Positions 6,155-7,927 of a stretch of 7,927 nt of DNA are shown here, piece after piece (positions within the stretch are counted from its first letter, which is position 1; every line of letters begins with the position of its first letter). Origin of the DNA: a virus (lineage: Duplodnaviria; Heunggongvirae; Uroviricota; Caudoviricetes); IMG/VR virus record IMGVR_UViG_2713896776_000004. One strand, given 5' to 3'. The notes below the pieces were generated by a model that worked only from the letters and a program-made list of their open reading frames with translations, did not search any database and was not told the DNA's origin. A program made the translations under genes and the position numbers.

Positions 6155-6679
6155 TTATTGTTTAACCCATAATAGTTCATTGACATTGAATCCCAACTTT
6201 TGAGCGGTACGCACATAGTCTGCTTTTACATTATCTGGAATAGTTTGGGTCCTTGCCAGAATCCATAGGTATTCTCTGTTCGGACCACTGACAAGAGCAT
6301 ACTTATACTCATCATCCAGTTTGATTACATTATAGCCACCATAGAAGGGGCCAAAAAACGAAACTTTCAACGCTGCAGTTTTAGTATCTCCAGTAAAGTA
6401 TGCTTTACCTTCGCTCTCGCTCCATTTGTTTTTCGTTGGATCGTATCCACGGTTAAGTACGCGAATCCCTCCGTCGTTCCGTTTTTCATAAGTAGCGCTG
6501 ACCTGTTCCAGACCACGTTCGAACCAGTTCTCGAGGCGAGCTATTTCATACCATTTTCCGAGGTAGCGGTTGGCGTCAAAATTTGTAATCGGCTGCACAC
6601 CTTTAGGTGGTGTCGGGGCCTTACATGCTATAAGAGTGAAAGAGAGTGCAATGCCAGTCAACACAGGCCATAACTTCAT
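6155..6679 (-). CDS. Blc-family bacterial lipocalin, predicted outer-membrane lipoprotein
   Basis: The 174-aa translation has a signal peptide with lipobox LIAC (Cys19). Motifs NFDANRYLGKWYEIARLENWFERGLEQVSATY and GKAYFTGDTKTAALKVSFFGPFYGGYNVIKLD...YLWILARTQTI align with E. coli Blc at roughly half of positions, so it is divergent. The gene is AT-rich. Confidence 0.85.
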   Translation of the reverse strand: MKLWPVLTGIALSFTLIACKAPTPPKGVQPITNFDANRYLGKWYEIARLENWFERGLEQVSATYEKRNDGGIRVLNRGYDPTKNKWSESEGKAYFTGDTKTAALKVSFFGPFYGGYNVIKLDDEYKYALVSGPNREYLWILARTQTIPDNVKADYVRTAQKLGFNVNELLWVKQ

Positions 6680-6871
6680 AATAAATCCTGTACTTTTGAT
6701 AGTTGAGAGTAAGTATGAAAGATAGATGAGTACGACCGATCACTTAAAGAACTTTCCTACTATATTAGGAATAGTCAATAACAGAAAAATTGTCAGTGAT
6801 GAAGCCAGAAAGGCAATTTAGTCCGTGCACTACAAAGTTTATGTGTTAATGAATTAGTCAAGGGGGAGGAA

Positions 6872-7831
6872 ATGATAAAAAAACCTGTGATTGGGATCAG
6901 CGGTTGTTTGGGCGGTTCTGCTGTTCGTTTTGATGGTGGTCACAAAAGAGATGACTTTTTAATGGACAAATTAGTGGAATGGGTAACATTCAGACCAGTA
7001 TGTCCGGAAATGGCTATAGGGCTGCCAGTTCCGCGTCCTGCTCTACGACTTGTGCGCTCGAAGCAAGGAAATATACGGATGTGTTTCAGCCACGACCAGA
7101 ATGAGGATGTGACAGAGAGAATGACAGAGTTTAGTCGTTCTTATATGGACAAATTAAAGGATGTATCGGGGTTTGTGGTTTGTGCTAAATCTCCCAGCTG
7201 TGGCATGGAGCGCGTGCGTGTCTATGATGAAAATGGTAATCGAGGTCGTAAAGATGGAGTGGGACTATTTACGAGCACTTTGATGGAAAAGTTTTCCTGG
7301 CTACCGGTTGAAGAGGATGGGCGATTACATGATCCAGTGCTTCGTGAGAATTTTATTGAAAGAGTTTTTGCTTTGCATGAGCTCAATCACCTTTACAAGG
7401 AGAAATTATCAAGAAGAGAGTTATTAGCTTTTCATAGTCGTTATAAGCTTCAGTTGTTGGCGCATAGCCAGGCAGGCTATAAAGATATGGGACCATTTGT
7501 GGCTGCAATACACGAGTGGGCGGACCTTGAATCATACTTTGAGGTGTATCGTGATAATCTGATGGCGATTCTCAGAAAACCAGCATCACGTAAAAATCAC
7601 ACGAATGTGCTGATGCATATACAGGGGTATTTTAGTAATTACTTAAGTACACGCCAGCGTAAAGAGTTGAGCGAGGTTATACTTAACTATCGCTTTGGCA
7701 CATTGCCTCTTCTTGCGCCGTTGACTCTGCTGAAGCATTATCTGGGTGAGTATCCTAATGATTACTTGCTTACACAGAATTACTTCGATCCCTATCCGGA
7801 AGAACTGGCTCTAAGACTGATGGTGAATTAA
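6872..7831 (+). CDS. DUF523 (TudS-like Fe-S domain) - DUF1722 (YbgA-like) fusion protein
   Basis: A strong Shine-Dalgarno GGGGGAGG precedes the ATG at 6872. The 319-aa protein begins MIKKPVIGISGCLGGSAVRFDGGHKRDDF, with conserved Cys at 12, 44 (PVCPEM) and 104/110 (CAKSPSCG). The C-terminal half resembles YbgA/DUF1722. The gene is AT-rich. Confidence 0.8.
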   Translation: MIKKPVIGISGCLGGSAVRFDGGHKRDDFLMDKLVEWVTFRPVCPEMAIGLPVPRPALRLVRSKQGNIRMCFSHDQNEDVTERMTEFSRSYMDKLKDVSGFVVCAKSPSCGMERVRVYDENGNRGRKDGVGLFTSTLMEKFSWLPVEEDGRLHDPVLRENFIERVFALHELNHLYKEKLSRRELLAFHSRYKLQLLAHSQAGYKDMGPFVAAIHEWADLESYFEVYRDNLMAILRKPASRKNHTNVLMHIQGYFSNYLSTRQRKELSEVILNYRFGTLPLLAPLTLLKHYLGEYPNDYLLTQNYFDPYPEELALRLMVN

Positions 7832-7867
7832 CTGTATGCGATATCATCTGAAAGTGATGAGTTCCTG

Positions 7868-7927
7868 GGTAATGACTCCAACTTATTGATAGTGTTTTAT
7901 GTTCAGATAATGCCCGATGACTTTGTC
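7868..7927 (-). mobile_element. IS1 terminal fragment (right inverted repeat end), inverted relative to the copy at 1-60
   Basis: GGTAATGACTCCAACTTATTGATAG... at 7868-7927 is the exact reverse complement of nt 1-60. Confidence 0.9.

Noticed and set aside
6680-6871. Divergent intergenic region between the lipocalin and DUF523 genes, searched for promoters and a small RNA
   Set aside because: A TTGACT on the - strand has no properly spaced -10 partner, and no convincing structured element was found. There is not enough evidence to annotate anything.
1-7927. CRISPR arrays and rRNA genes
   Set aside because: No regularly spaced direct repeats and no rRNA-like stretches were seen. tRNA genes were not systematically searched for.

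Overview
The window looks like a segment of a Qin/DLP12-type cryptic lambdoid prophage of E. coli/Shigella, bracketed by IS1 ends; I did not find a clearly novel system, only candidates. Its first 60 nt are the 3' end of IS1 and its last 60 nt are the exact reverse complement, so it is either an inverted-IS1-flanked segment or a contig that breaks in collapsed IS1 repeats. From left to right: a dicB 5' fragment cut by IS1 (- strand), an intact DicF sRNA (-), a 5'-truncated rve-type DDE transposase remnant (+), flxA with a sigma28 promoter (-), a doubtful ydfV-like ORF (-), the relB-relE-hokD operon with its operator and terminator (+), rem, a small Cys-containing ORF, a DUF968/HNH-like ydfU homologue, and a small Q antiterminator followed by a PR'-like promoter and tR'-like terminator. 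No lysis genes follow Q; instead there are two AT-rich cargo genes, a Blc-family lipocalin lipoprotein (-) and a DUF523(TudS-like)-DUF1722(YbgA-like) fusion (+). No rRNA or CRISPR array was seen; tRNAs were not systematically searched for. All gene identities rest on reading the translations against remembered protein families; no database search was possible.
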